A stretch of 25,385 nt of DNA from a virus (lineage: Duplodnaviria; Caudoviricetes), in IMG/VR virus record IMGVR_UViG_3300016722_000154, positions 1 to 25,385 of that record. One strand, given 5' to 3'. The notes beneath the pieces are model-generated. The model was not told the origin of the DNA, did not search any database, and was given only the letters and a program-made list of their open reading frames with translations. The position numbers and the translations under genes are program-made. Positions 1 through 7,708 of this stretch are shown here, one piece after another (positions within the stretch are counted from its first letter, which is position 1; every line of letters starts with the position of its first letter).

Positions 1-528
1 ATGCAGAACGAAAAGAATGAAAGTAAGGCTATAAGCCTTAAAGTAACCGAAGGTTTGAAGGTTACAGTCCTACCAGATTCAAACCACGAATTTTTAATGA
101 ACACGCAGGAAGTTGCTAACGGGTATGGATTAAGTCCAAACACCCTTCGTTCCCATGTTTCACAAAACAAAGCGGAATTAATTGAAGGAAAGCACTTTTT
201 TAAGGCCGTTCAGATTCTGAACACCCTTCCTGTAGGGGCGCAACCACATCAAATACTGTGGACTAAAAGAGGTATTGTCCGCCTCGGTTTTTTTATTAAG
301 ACAGAGCGGGCAAAATTATTCAGGGATTGGGTTGAAGAACTTGTTCTTAATGTTACGGGCCATAAAGTACCCGCTTTACCTGAAGCAAAAAAACGCCGTT
401 GCAACCGGCTTAGCCAGGAGCGGCTTGTTAATATTTTAGCCGATGTTTGCCGGATAGAAGACAACCAGCTCCGGATGAGTATTACTAATAAACTTATGGG
501 TGGTTTTGAATATGGAGGCAAGTTATGA
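1..528 (+). CDS. phage antirepressor-like DNA-binding protein (Bro-N/ORF6N-like N-terminus)
   Basis: Motifs 'MNTQEVANGYG', 'ELIEGKHF', 'LWTKRGIVRLGFFIKTERAKLFRDWVEELV' typical of phage antirepressor N-domains; start lies at the window edge. Confidence 0.65.
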   Translation: MQNEKNESKAISLKVTEGLKVTVLPDSNHEFLMNTQEVANGYGLSPNTLRSHVSQNKAELIEGKHFFKAVQILNTLPVGAQPHQILWTKRGIVRLGFFIKTERAKLFRDWVEELVLNVTGHKVPALPEAKKRRCNRLSQERLVNILADVCRIEDNQLRMSITNKLMGGFEYGGKL

Positions 529-731
529 AACGGTATTTTGCAAAGAGAAGCGAAATGACGGCCTATGCCGCCACTTCGGGGCTGGAGACGGTAAGATGTA
601 AGCAAAACTGTAATCATGTGCCTGCGGCCAGACCGGCTATCCTGCTGGTGAATTCTAACGGCGTAATTGTGGAGCGACTTGTAAGATGTAAGGTTTGTGC
701 ACAGGAAGGGGGTTGTGATGGTAAAAAGTGA
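525..731 (+). CDS. small Cys-rich phage protein, possible Zn-binding
   Basis: ATGA overlap with upstream stop, GGAGG upstream, CxxxCxH and CxxC motifs. Confidence 0.6.
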   Translation: MKRYFAKRSEMTAYAATSGLETVRCKQNCNHVPAARPAILLVNSNGVIVERLVRCKVCAQEGGCDGKK

Positions 732-900
732 AATGAAACCCGATTACGACGAACTGCAACTCCTGATGAATCTGATGAAGACACAGGAACAATTATGTAA
801 CACACTTTACGGCCTGGCTATGGCCATGAATGAGCGGTATAAAGCCGAAAGCAATCTGTTAAAAATAAACCATCCAACTTTGCGGGTTTGTAAAGGATAA
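718..900 (+). CDS. small hypothetical phage protein
   Basis: ATG at 718 preceded by AGGAAGGGGG, overlaps the previous gene, ends just before a terminator hairpin. Confidence 0.55.
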   Translation: MVKSEMKPDYDELQLLMNLMKTQEQLCNTLYGLAMAMNERYKAESNLLKINHPTLRVCKG

Positions 901-905
901 TTTTT

Positions 906-942
906 TAAGAAAAAGTCCTGCGATATGTGGGACTTTTTCTTA
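906..942. terminator. intrinsic terminator hairpin, probably bidirectional
   Basis: TAAGAAAAAGTCC (906-918) / GGACTTTTTCTTA (930-942) 13-bp inverted repeat whose arms include A/T runs. Confidence 0.7.
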
Positions 943-948
943 TTTTTG
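941..948 (+). promoter_or_regulatory. Bacteroidota primary-sigma -7 box for the moron gene
   Basis: TATTTTTG matches TAnnTTTG, 19 nt before ATG 968; no clear -33 TTTG. Confidence 0.4.
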
Positions 949-967
949 TATGGTAAAATTTAAAAGT

Positions 968-1339
968 ATGAAAACCAAACACTTTGTATTAATATTCATT
1001 GGAGTAATTATCTTAGGTGGTGTTATCAGTAGGCAAATTTATAATCCTGACAAGAATAAAAAAGAAACCAGAGAAATGGTTTCTAAATATGATATTTATA
1101 AGTTTGCAAAAAAATCAATAACTGCAACATTGAAAGCCCCATCAACCGCAAAGTTTCCTGATTATAATGATGAGGGTGTTAATATTGTAATAGCAGATTC
1201 TACGAATATTGTGGTAAGTGGATATGTGGACGCTCAAAATTCGTTTGGTGCAATGTTAAGAAGTCGTTATATTGTTGCATTGTCTATAAAGGGAGGTATG
1301 CTACATGTTGAGAGTATTGATTTTGATGATGGTAATTAA
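968..1339 (+). CDS. membrane-anchored accessory (moron-like) protein
   Basis: N-terminal TM helix, conserved-hypothetical motifs 'LKAPSTAKFP' and 'GYVDAQNSFGAMLR', AT-rich, flanked by terminators; alternative start 950. Confidence 0.75.
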   Translation: MKTKHFVLIFIGVIILGGVISRQIYNPDKNKKETREMVSKYDIYKFAKKSITATLKAPSTAKFPDYNDEGVNIVIADSTNIVVSGYVDAQNSFGAMLRSRYIVALSIKGGMLHVESIDFDDGN

Positions 1340-1352
1340 TTTTAATAGCTGG

Positions 1353-1377
1353 AAAGCCCCATAACGGGGCTTTTTTT
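1353..1377. terminator. intrinsic terminator between convergent genes
   Basis: AAAGCCCC-ATAAC-GGGGCTTT followed by a T-run. Confidence 0.85.
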
Positions 1378-1930
1378 ATTTTCCAAATATTTCAATCTCC
1401 AAATCCGATTCCCCTTCCGGATTAGCTTCCTTAAGTTTTCCACCACCAAGTTTAATATTTTCCACAACAGCCGGTATTAATTTATGTTTGTGTATGCTGT
1501 CGGTGTAGGAATCAATCTTACAGGTGTATTCCAGCACGTGGTATCGCATGATCCGGTTGGCCCCCTGCCGCTCTCCTTTATAGGTAAGCGGGCTGCTAAC
1601 GTCCGACCTTAACCCGTTTACCAGATATTTTACCGCCTTAAGCATTTTCAGGTATTCCAGCCCTTCCTCCAGCCTTTCGCTGAAGTTTTCTGTAGGCGGT
1701 CCGGGTTCCTGTAATACGGATAGTTCAAGTGTGAGTACATCCGGATCGTCTCCATCCGTTTTTATACTCCAGGCAATAAAAATAGCGGGAAGAAAAATTT
1801 CCCATCCCTCCGGATCGTCGGGCTGCCCCAGGTTAATATCTATCTGTCGCGGAACCGGCAGACCCTGTTCGGTGAAAACTTCCGGATGATCCTTAAATGT
1901 TTTTAGTATTTTTTGATAAACGATTTCCAT
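1376..1930 (-). CDS. putative tail terminator/completion protein (Mu gp37-like)
   Basis: 'IDINLGQ...LPAIFIAW' pattern and position after the gpG-like gene; ATG 1930 abuts the upstream stop. Confidence 0.55.
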   Translation of the reverse strand: MEIVYQKILKTFKDHPEVFTEQGLPVPRQIDINLGQPDDPEGWEIFLPAIFIAWSIKTDGDDPDVLTLELSVLQEPGPPTENFSERLEEGLEYLKMLKAVKYLVNGLRSDVSSPLTYKGERQGANRIMRYHVLEYTCKIDSYTDSIHKHKLIPAVVENIKLGGGKLKEANPEGESDLEIEIFGK

Positions 1931-1931
1931 C

Positions 1932-2519
1932 TTAATGATTTTTAATTGCAAATATTAATTCTGCCTGCATCATCCGTTCTTCGCGCCGTATCAGCACAGC
2001 GGAAGGGCCTATATATGGCCTTGCAGGTATGTTTTGTTGTATGATTCTTGTATGAGCGCTTACCTTTACATCGCCGCTACGTTCCCTTACCGTTTTGGTA
2101 TGTTCCCTCCGGCTGCCGATACTATAAACGCCGGTGCCTTTTTTTACGTTGTTAAACCTGCCACGGGTGTATGCCCGTACATGCTGTGTTACTTCGCCCT
2201 TAAAACCTTCATTGTGTACCCTGGCATAAGGAACATCTGTACCGATTATAACATAAGATTCAGAAACGTATATCACCCTGATCGACTGTCGCAGCCTTCC
2301 GGTACCCACCAGCAATCCCCTTCCTTTCCGTTCGCGCCTTCCCCAACTCTGATTTTTGCTACGCTCCTTCCAGGGATGCCGAGTGTTGTCGACCCAGTTA
2401 TGCATCAGAAACCGCTCCTTACTGAAGTTAACGGCAACCACAGCCGCTTTCTGTGGAATGCGATCCACAGCAGTGGCTATGCGGTTCATCATGTTTATAA
2501 ACTCGACGGTTTCGTTCAT
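1932..2519 (-). CDS. phage virion morphogenesis protein (Mu gpG / tail completion family)
   Basis: Motifs 'LVGTGRLRQSI', 'IGTDVPYARVHNEG', 'IPARPYIG'. Confidence 0.85.
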   Translation of the reverse strand: MNETVEFINMMNRIATAVDRIPQKAAVVAVNFSKERFLMHNWVDNTRHPWKERSKNQSWGRRERKGRGLLVGTGRLRQSIRVIYVSESYVIIGTDVPYARVHNEGFKGEVTQHVRAYTRGRFNNVKKGTGVYSIGSRREHTKTVRERSGDVKVSAHTRIIQQNIPARPYIGPSAVLIRREERMMQAELIFAIKNH

Positions 2520-2523
2520 CGGT

Positions 2524-4326
2524 CTACTGATATGCTGTTTCTACGTTGGCAATAACCCTCATAAACATGTCGCGCAGATAGGCTTCGATCTGCCGTTCGT
2601 CCATTTTTTGTAACGTTGTATTCTGGGTGTTAATTCCACCCTTCACAAAACTGTCGATATTGATATTAATGGTTTTTATCTGCTTTGCACTCCCGGTTAT
2701 CTTATTGGTAAGATCGTCCCCGGTAGGCGTAGCGGGGTTTTTATTTTTATCATTAGTATTAGCTTGGGTTGCAGCCCAAGGATTTCCGCGCGCTTCTAAA
2801 ATTCGTTGTCTTATATCTTTAAATGCTTCTAAATTACCCCACGCCCATTCTTTAACCTCAGTACCCGATTCGGGATGTTTATAGATAGCCATCATTTTGC
2901 GATACTTATCATCTAACTCACCCCACGTTTTATCCCATTCCGATTTTGACATTTTATCAGCACGATCAATCCTGGAATCCCAGTATCCCACTTCCTTACC
3001 CTTTACCCATTCTGATCTTGACAGTTCTTTATCTTTCCAATGATTAATATTCATCCAGTGGTATGTGGTTTTATCTATATTTCCGGTTAATCTCCCGTAT
3101 ATCAAAACTAAATTTTGGAGATGTTCTGTTAATGGAAGGATAAGATTCTTTTTAATAACCATCCATGTTGGCATCGCTGTTTCTCCAAGCCTTACCATAG
3201 ATGTCCTAAGCCTGTTATTTATCATTTCGTTAACATAGCCAAGGTTGTTTTCGGCATTTTCCTTGATTTTTGAAAAATCCACTTCTACGTTATCAAACTG
3301 TTTGAGGGTTGCCAGTGTTTGGCCGCTTCTGTCGGAAGCTATTGCTAACAATGCGTTCAGCCCTTCACTTCCCTGGAATTGCCCCCGGATTTTGGAAAGG
3401 TCGTAGTCTGTTTTAGCCGTCAGTAGCTTATGGTTTAATTCGGTAACTATCTGGCTAAACTGTTTCATCTTTCCCGCTTTATCAAACACTCCGTTGCCAC
3501 CCAGTACATCCTTAAATGTTTTTTGAATCTGAAGTCTTGAGAGATCGGTAAACAGGGATTTTGTTAGGGTCGCCGCCTCTTCCGGGCTCTTTGTTTTTAC
3601 GGTAAATAAAGCAAAGGCCTGGTTTGCGCTGTTGTAGTCCTGTGCAGCCCCTTTAGCAGCTCCGGCGAAGTCGCTTTGTACCTTAGCCAGCTGATCGTAG
3701 GTAACCAGAGCGGTACTCATTGTTTTGTGGCTGCTTTCCAGATATTTATTGACATCGTTTGTTGAAAATCCAAAGTTTGCCATTGCTTTTGCCGCTCCAC
3801 GGATGGTTTCGTTAAAATCTGACTTAACATACTGGCTGAATTTCCCCACCTTTCCAACAATCGCTTCCGCAGCACTGCCATACTTCCCGGTTAATGACTG
3901 AACGTCGAACACTGCCCCCGCCGTTTTATCAGGGTCAAATCCTTTTTTGAAAGAGAAATCAAGAATTTCATTTTTTAAATCAGATATTTGCCGTTTGCTT
4001 TTGTCAAGGTTTAAGTTTTGTATATTTAAAAACGAGTTATCGAATTGCTCCGCCGCGGCAATCGCCTTTTTATATCCGATTCCCAAGGCAATCACCCCCG
4101 ATATAAGCCTTACATAAGGGTTGCCTAATAATTCCATCGCTCTTCCAAAACCTGGGATTTCATCCTTCATTGCCTGGAATGCTTTTATGTGCGATAATTT
4201 AAGGTCTGCCAGTCGGTTTTTTATATCACGCACATTACTATTTACAACTTCTTTAGCTTTTGTAAATCCGGTTTTTAACCTTTCCTTCATTTCAAGAATT
4301 AACTGTACTTTTGCTTGTCCGTCCAT
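2524..4326 (-). CDS. tail tape measure protein (600 aa)
   Basis: Long Ala/Lys-rich helical protein with TP901-like core ('GKMKQFSQIVTEL', 'GSEGLNAL') and C-terminal 'KTININIDSF'; ATG 4326 preferred over the ORF-track start at 4416. Confidence 0.85.
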   Translation of the reverse strand: MDGQAKVQLILEMKERLKTGFTKAKEVVNSNVRDIKNRLADLKLSHIKAFQAMKDEIPGFGRAMELLGNPYVRLISGVIALGIGYKKAIAAAEQFDNSFLNIQNLNLDKSKRQISDLKNEILDFSFKKGFDPDKTAGAVFDVQSLTGKYGSAAEAIVGKVGKFSQYVKSDFNETIRGAAKAMANFGFSTNDVNKYLESSHKTMSTALVTYDQLAKVQSDFAGAAKGAAQDYNSANQAFALFTVKTKSPEEAATLTKSLFTDLSRLQIQKTFKDVLGGNGVFDKAGKMKQFSQIVTELNHKLLTAKTDYDLSKIRGQFQGSEGLNALLAIASDRSGQTLATLKQFDNVEVDFSKIKENAENNLGYVNEMINNRLRTSMVRLGETAMPTWMVIKKNLILPLTEHLQNLVLIYGRLTGNIDKTTYHWMNINHWKDKELSRSEWVKGKEVGYWDSRIDRADKMSKSEWDKTWGELDDKYRKMMAIYKHPESGTEVKEWAWGNLEAFKDIRQRILEARGNPWAATQANTNDKNKNPATPTGDDLTNKITGSAKQIKTININIDSFVKGGINTQNTTLQKMDERQIEAYLRDMFMRVIANVETAYQ

Positions 4327-4349
4327 AATTTTAAAAATATTTGTGTGTT

Positions 4350-4383
4350 TTTGTCGAAAACGTGAATTTTGATTGTATCTTTG
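4350..4383 (+). promoter_or_regulatory. consensus Bacteroidota promoter antisense to the head operon
   Basis: TTTG (4350-4353), 22-nt spacer, TATCTTTG (4376-4383). Confidence 0.7.
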
Positions 4384-4387
4384 CATC

Positions 4388-4455
4388 AGATCGGGATGCG
4401 TCCCGAACTTCCCCAAACGGCTAACCGGTTTTTCCTGTTAGCCGTTTGGCTTTTA
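4388..4455 (+). ncRNA. candidate ~65-nt two-hairpin small RNA converging on the MuF-toxin stop codon
   Basis: Follows the promoter; hairpin TCGGGA-TGCG-TCCCGA (4391-4406); 13-bp hairpin 4413-4425/4437-4449 followed by CTTTT; no ORF. Confidence 0.55.
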
Positions 4456-5784
4456 TGGTAATCCTAATAATTTTCTTGTGTATTTCATTGGTACTCCTGT
4501 TTTATTTATTATCCATACCTGATTGATATTAGCCGATTGCTTCATCTGCCCGCGCACAGCATCAATAATATCATTTTCATTCATTTTATCGGTAAGATGT
4601 AAAACGGCAACACCCGCCTGATTTTCCGCGCTTCTTATCCTGTTATGAATAGCTGTTTTTGTTGGTTTCGGGTGCTTTATTTCTGCAATAATTTTATTAT
4701 CAATCAAAGCATCTGGATTTTTACCCTTTATAAAGTCTTTTGTCCCATAAATTTTTTCACGGATTTTATCATCATTCTTACCAAGTTCCGGCAATAACTT
4801 TACGTTATATCCTGCGTCGGCAAGCAACTTAGCCGTAGCTACATTATTTGCCATTTCCTCTATGCCGTGTAACAGGTGAACTTGTACAGTTTTGCCATTA
4901 TCGGCTTTGTATACCGTATTATAAGCGGCATCGGCTGGTAAGGTCTGTAAGGATTGTCTTAACACATCAGCCGGTACCCCATCGTAATACGGATGTCCTG
5001 CCGGGAAAATCAGTCCTGATTGAGCCAGATTAGTACGGAACATGGGCGGGATAGGGACGTCCGGAATTTCTTTTGTTTCTTTGGCGTTGCTGTTTGGTAA
5101 CTGGTTTGCGCTGCACCGGCAACCCCAGCCGTTGGGCGGGAAATGTGTAGCCCAGAAAGCATCATCCATTTTCTTTATTATACCTTCCAGGGCACGGTGA
5201 GTATCGCGCACGCGGGCATCACCCACGGTGCTATACTGAAGAAAGGGCATAATCTTTTTGTTAGCCTCAAACTCACTCCAGCGGGCGGCCATAGTAGCTG
5301 AACCAACAGCCTGGTTGTATTCCGTCCGTAACCAGGAAGAGTTATATTTTCCGTTAATTGCACCGGCGGCATCTTTAAAGTCGCCAAAACTCCTGAGTTT
5401 ACCGTTTTCATCCTTTAAAGCCAGCGTCATGTCCCGCATCTGCTGATAATTCTTAGCGGCACTAAAGTTCCATACATCGCGGGTTAACCGGGTAAGCATT
5501 GCCGCATCCGGGGTATCCCAATCTATCTGCAGGAAATTTTTGCCGTAACCATCAAAAACCTGGCTTTGCAGAACAGAGCCTACCAGCTTCAGTATTCCGG
5601 CATCGGTAAGCCCGGCGGTACCATTCCATATTTCATCCAGTACCCTTTCCAGTTCCGTGGTAAGGTTCTGGGTAAAAGAAGCGGGTAAGTCAGCCTCAGC
5701 GGTGGGACGTAATCCACCACAGCAGGGACATGGCTCATATAGTTGTTGGGGGGCGGCTGTGGCCGTTGGGCCGTCCCCTATTGA
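4453..5784 (-). CDS. MuF (SPP1 gp7-like) minor head protein with C-terminal PD-(D/E)xK CdiA-like nuclease domain; probably expressed as a -1 frameshift fusion to portal
   Basis: MuF motifs 'WLRTEYN', 'YSTVGDARVRDTH', 'FPPNGWGCRC'; C-terminus 'KNPDALIDNKIIAEIKHP...SAENQA'; frame is open upstream to about 5862, first ATG only at 5499. Confidence 0.85.
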   Translation of the reverse strand, partial: SIGDGPTATAAPQQLYEPCPCCGGLRPTAEADLPASFTQNLTTELERVLDEIWNGTAGLTDAGILKLVGSVLQSQVFDGYGKNFLQIDWDTPDAAMLTRLTRDVWNFSAAKNYQQMRDMTLALKDENGKLRSFGDFKDAAGAINGKYNSSWLRTEYNQAVGSATMAARWSEFEANKKIMPFLQYSTVGDARVRDTHRALEGIIKKMDDAFWATHFPPNGWGCRCSANQLPNSNAKETKEIPDVPIPPMFRTNLAQSGLIFPAGHPYYDGVPADVLRQSLQTLPADAAYNTVYKADNGKTVQVHLLHGIEEMANNVATAKLLADAGYNVKLLPELGKNDDKIREKIYGTKDFIKGKNPDALIDNKIIAEIKHPKPTKTAIHNRIRSAENQAGVAVLHLTDKMNENDIIDAVRGQMKQSANINQVWIINKTGVPMKYTRKLLGLP

Positions 5785-5790
5785 AAATTT
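5750..5790 (-). other. candidate -1 programmed ribosomal frameshift signal (portal to MuF)
   Basis: In-frame heptamer A AAT TTT (5790-5784), 5-nt spacer, stem GGGG(A)CGGC (5778-5770) / GCCGCCCC (5757-5750); the -1 frame is the MuF frame. Confidence 0.75.
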
Positions 5791-7040
5791 GCCGAAAAAG
5801 CGGCCTTTGGCTTCCCCGGTTCCGGGGTGGTTGGCGTTTTCTTCTTTCCTATAATTGGAAAGTTAAAGCGATTACTCACCCAGTCCGGATCAATTTCATA
5901 AGATTGTAACGCCTCGTTTACAATTTTCCAGTGATCGCTTATACCGATGCTTTCCGTGCGGTCAAACGCAAATACGCTGGTATCTGTAAACTTAAAACCC
6001 CAATTCCGTAGCAGCGGGATAAGTTTTCCATTAACGAAAAACTCTATCATCCGGCGGTCGCTTTCGGCTATCTTTTCATCAAGGGTGCGTTCATGAACTT
6101 CGCTTTGGCTCCGGGAACTCCCGTTGTCGATCACCATGGTGCCACCAAGGATATTTTTACTAATCTCGTCGTTAGCCAGGTTGATTTGTTCAAGAAAAAC
6201 CTTATGAGGGTCTCCCTTTTGAACTGAGTCGTGTATGGTGATTTTAGTTCCTTCGGGTAATATTGCCTGTGCCGCCTGCCCAAGGTTTTTCATTCCCTTC
6301 TGGATTTTGTCTATTGTCAACTTATCCGTCCGGGTTGTTTCGGCAGATATCAGAGGAATGCCAAATCTTTCAGCAAAATCAGCCCATACCTGCTGGGCGT
6401 TACGCTTCCAGATTAATTGAGGAATTATATTATTCAATATCCCGTATTTACTACTGACGCTTTTTAGTTCAATTACGTTTTTTGCAAAAGCGGGGTCTGT
6501 GTAGTTAACTCCTTTGTTGCCTGCCACCTCAAAGTAAATCATTCCGGTTTGTGGCACACAGTTCCGGCGTGGGATAAGCTGCCAGGTGTTGGTGGTTGGA
6601 TCGACAAGCTCCATGACAGTATAATAACGAAAAACACTATCCAGGAGATACTCCATCATGTTATACCACCATTCCGTTTGAAAATAGGCGGTTTGCTCAG
6701 GAATTTCCGTCCCGGATTTAGCGTCCTTAACCATTGATCGCCGCGACATCGTGGCTGCTTTCCGTATATTGATAACGGCAGCCAGGTGTCCATCCGTTAA
6801 AAGATTATCATACAAATCTTGCTGTAGGTACCAACGCGGATCGTCTATATCATCCGTGGCGTCCATAGATTCACGCCACTTTTTTATATCCGACCGGGTT
6901 TTGTCGGTAAATTCTTTAACTAACTGAACCATTATTCCACTTGCGCCCTGGCCAGAAGCTAATGAAACCGGATGTTTTTCCGTTTTGTAGAGACCCCACA
7001 GGTAACTTTTTGACTGTTGTATATTATTTATAATATCCAT
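5778..7040 (-). CDS. portal protein (Mu gp29 / DUF935-like)
   Basis: 'DGHLAAVINIRK', 'WADFAERFGIP', 'NDEISKNILGGT', 'GSSRSQSEVHER'; lies between terminase and MuF. Confidence 0.9.
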   Translation of the reverse strand: MDIINNIQQSKSYLWGLYKTEKHPVSLASGQGASGIMVQLVKEFTDKTRSDIKKWRESMDATDDIDDPRWYLQQDLYDNLLTDGHLAAVINIRKAATMSRRSMVKDAKSGTEIPEQTAYFQTEWWYNMMEYLLDSVFRYYTVMELVDPTTNTWQLIPRRNCVPQTGMIYFEVAGNKGVNYTDPAFAKNVIELKSVSSKYGILNNIIPQLIWKRNAQQVWADFAERFGIPLISAETTRTDKLTIDKIQKGMKNLGQAAQAILPEGTKITIHDSVQKGDPHKVFLEQINLANDEISKNILGGTMVIDNGSSRSQSEVHERTLDEKIAESDRRMIEFFVNGKLIPLLRNWGFKFTDTSVFAFDRTESIGISDHWKIVNEALQSYEIDPDWVSNRFNFPIIGKKKTPTTPEPGKPKAAFSANFQ

Positions 7041-7043
7041 GTC

Positions 7044-7259
7044 TTATTTTGTTTTATAGAGTGCAACTTCTTGTAACTTTACCCAGTCTATTGTTATCAT
7101 CTTCTGTTTTCTCATTTCTTTGAGTTGATGAGCTGAAAATACCTTTAGTTTCTTTTGCCAGCGAATAACATAATATTGCCGTTTTGTGGCTTTGTGGAGT
7201 GTGTTGGCTTTGTGCTTTGCGTAGCGAAAGCGGATTGTAAATAATAAGAATTTTATCAT
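7044..7259 (-). CDS. small basic hypothetical phage protein
   Basis: Fills the operon gap between the gp36-like gene and portal; ATG at 7259. Confidence 0.6.
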   Translation of the reverse strand: MIKFLLFTIRFRYAKHKANTLHKATKRQYYVIRWQKKLKVFSAHQLKEMRKQKMITIDWVKLQEVALYKTK

Positions 7260-7284
7260 CGTTGAAATAGTATTTAAAAAGTTA

Positions 7285-7707
7285 TTAAAACCGGTTGCTT
7301 TCTTTTGGTTGTTCGCTCCAGATACGTATGTCGCTTTCTTCCTCTCCACTTTCGTTTGTGAGGGCTGGCAGGTCGGCATTCTGTCCTTTTTGTACAGCAG
7401 TTAACCATTTGAGTGCGTCCCCATATCGCTCTTCGCGGGTTTTTGGGATATTGTTAGGGCCTTCCTTACTCCAGAGGTGGTATAAAGCAAGGTCGATTGT
7501 AATCATTACGATATACCGATCTCTATTATCTACATCTCCGGCAGGAGTAAATATTTTATTACAATCGTATCGCCCAGCAATATGGTTTCTGATCTGGGCG
7601 ATTGCCATACCTTCCGCCTGAAGTAAATTAGTTCCTTCGGGGTCGATTATCTTCGCTATTTCGGAGCGAATTTGAACGTTGTAATCCGAATCTTTTAAAA
7701 ATCTCAT
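7285..7707 (-). CDS. head-tail connector (Mu gp36 / DUF1320-like)
   Basis: 'GRYDCNKIF', 'IDLALYHL', 'ERYGDALKWL..VQKG...DLP'; ATG 7707 abuts the terminase stop. Confidence 0.85.
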   Translation of the reverse strand: MRFLKDSDYNVQIRSEIAKIIDPEGTNLLQAEGMAIAQIRNHIAGRYDCNKIFTPAGDVDNRDRYIVMITIDLALYHLWSKEGPNNIPKTREERYGDALKWLTAVQKGQNADLPALTNESGEEESDIRIWSEQPKESNRF

Positions 7708-7708
7708 A

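Noticed and set aside
874-883. Third copy of CCAACTTTGC (late -7-like box)
   Set aside because: Inside a coding region, lacks the upstream TCATGTCTTTT box and points into a terminator; probably chance
2034-2884. Plus-strand ORFs 2034-2555, 2356-2613, 2627-2884
   Set aside because: Antisense shadows of well-supported phage genes with no recognisable motifs
4327-4416. ORF-track N-terminal extension of the tape measure protein
   Set aside because: Non-ATG start running through an antisense promoter and hairpin; ATG 4326 with an AT-rich leader is more plausible
5497-5499. ATG 5499 as the true MuF start
   Set aside because: It would leave ~280 bp of open, protein-like frame unused in a compact operon and falls mid-domain; not fully excluded as a secondary start
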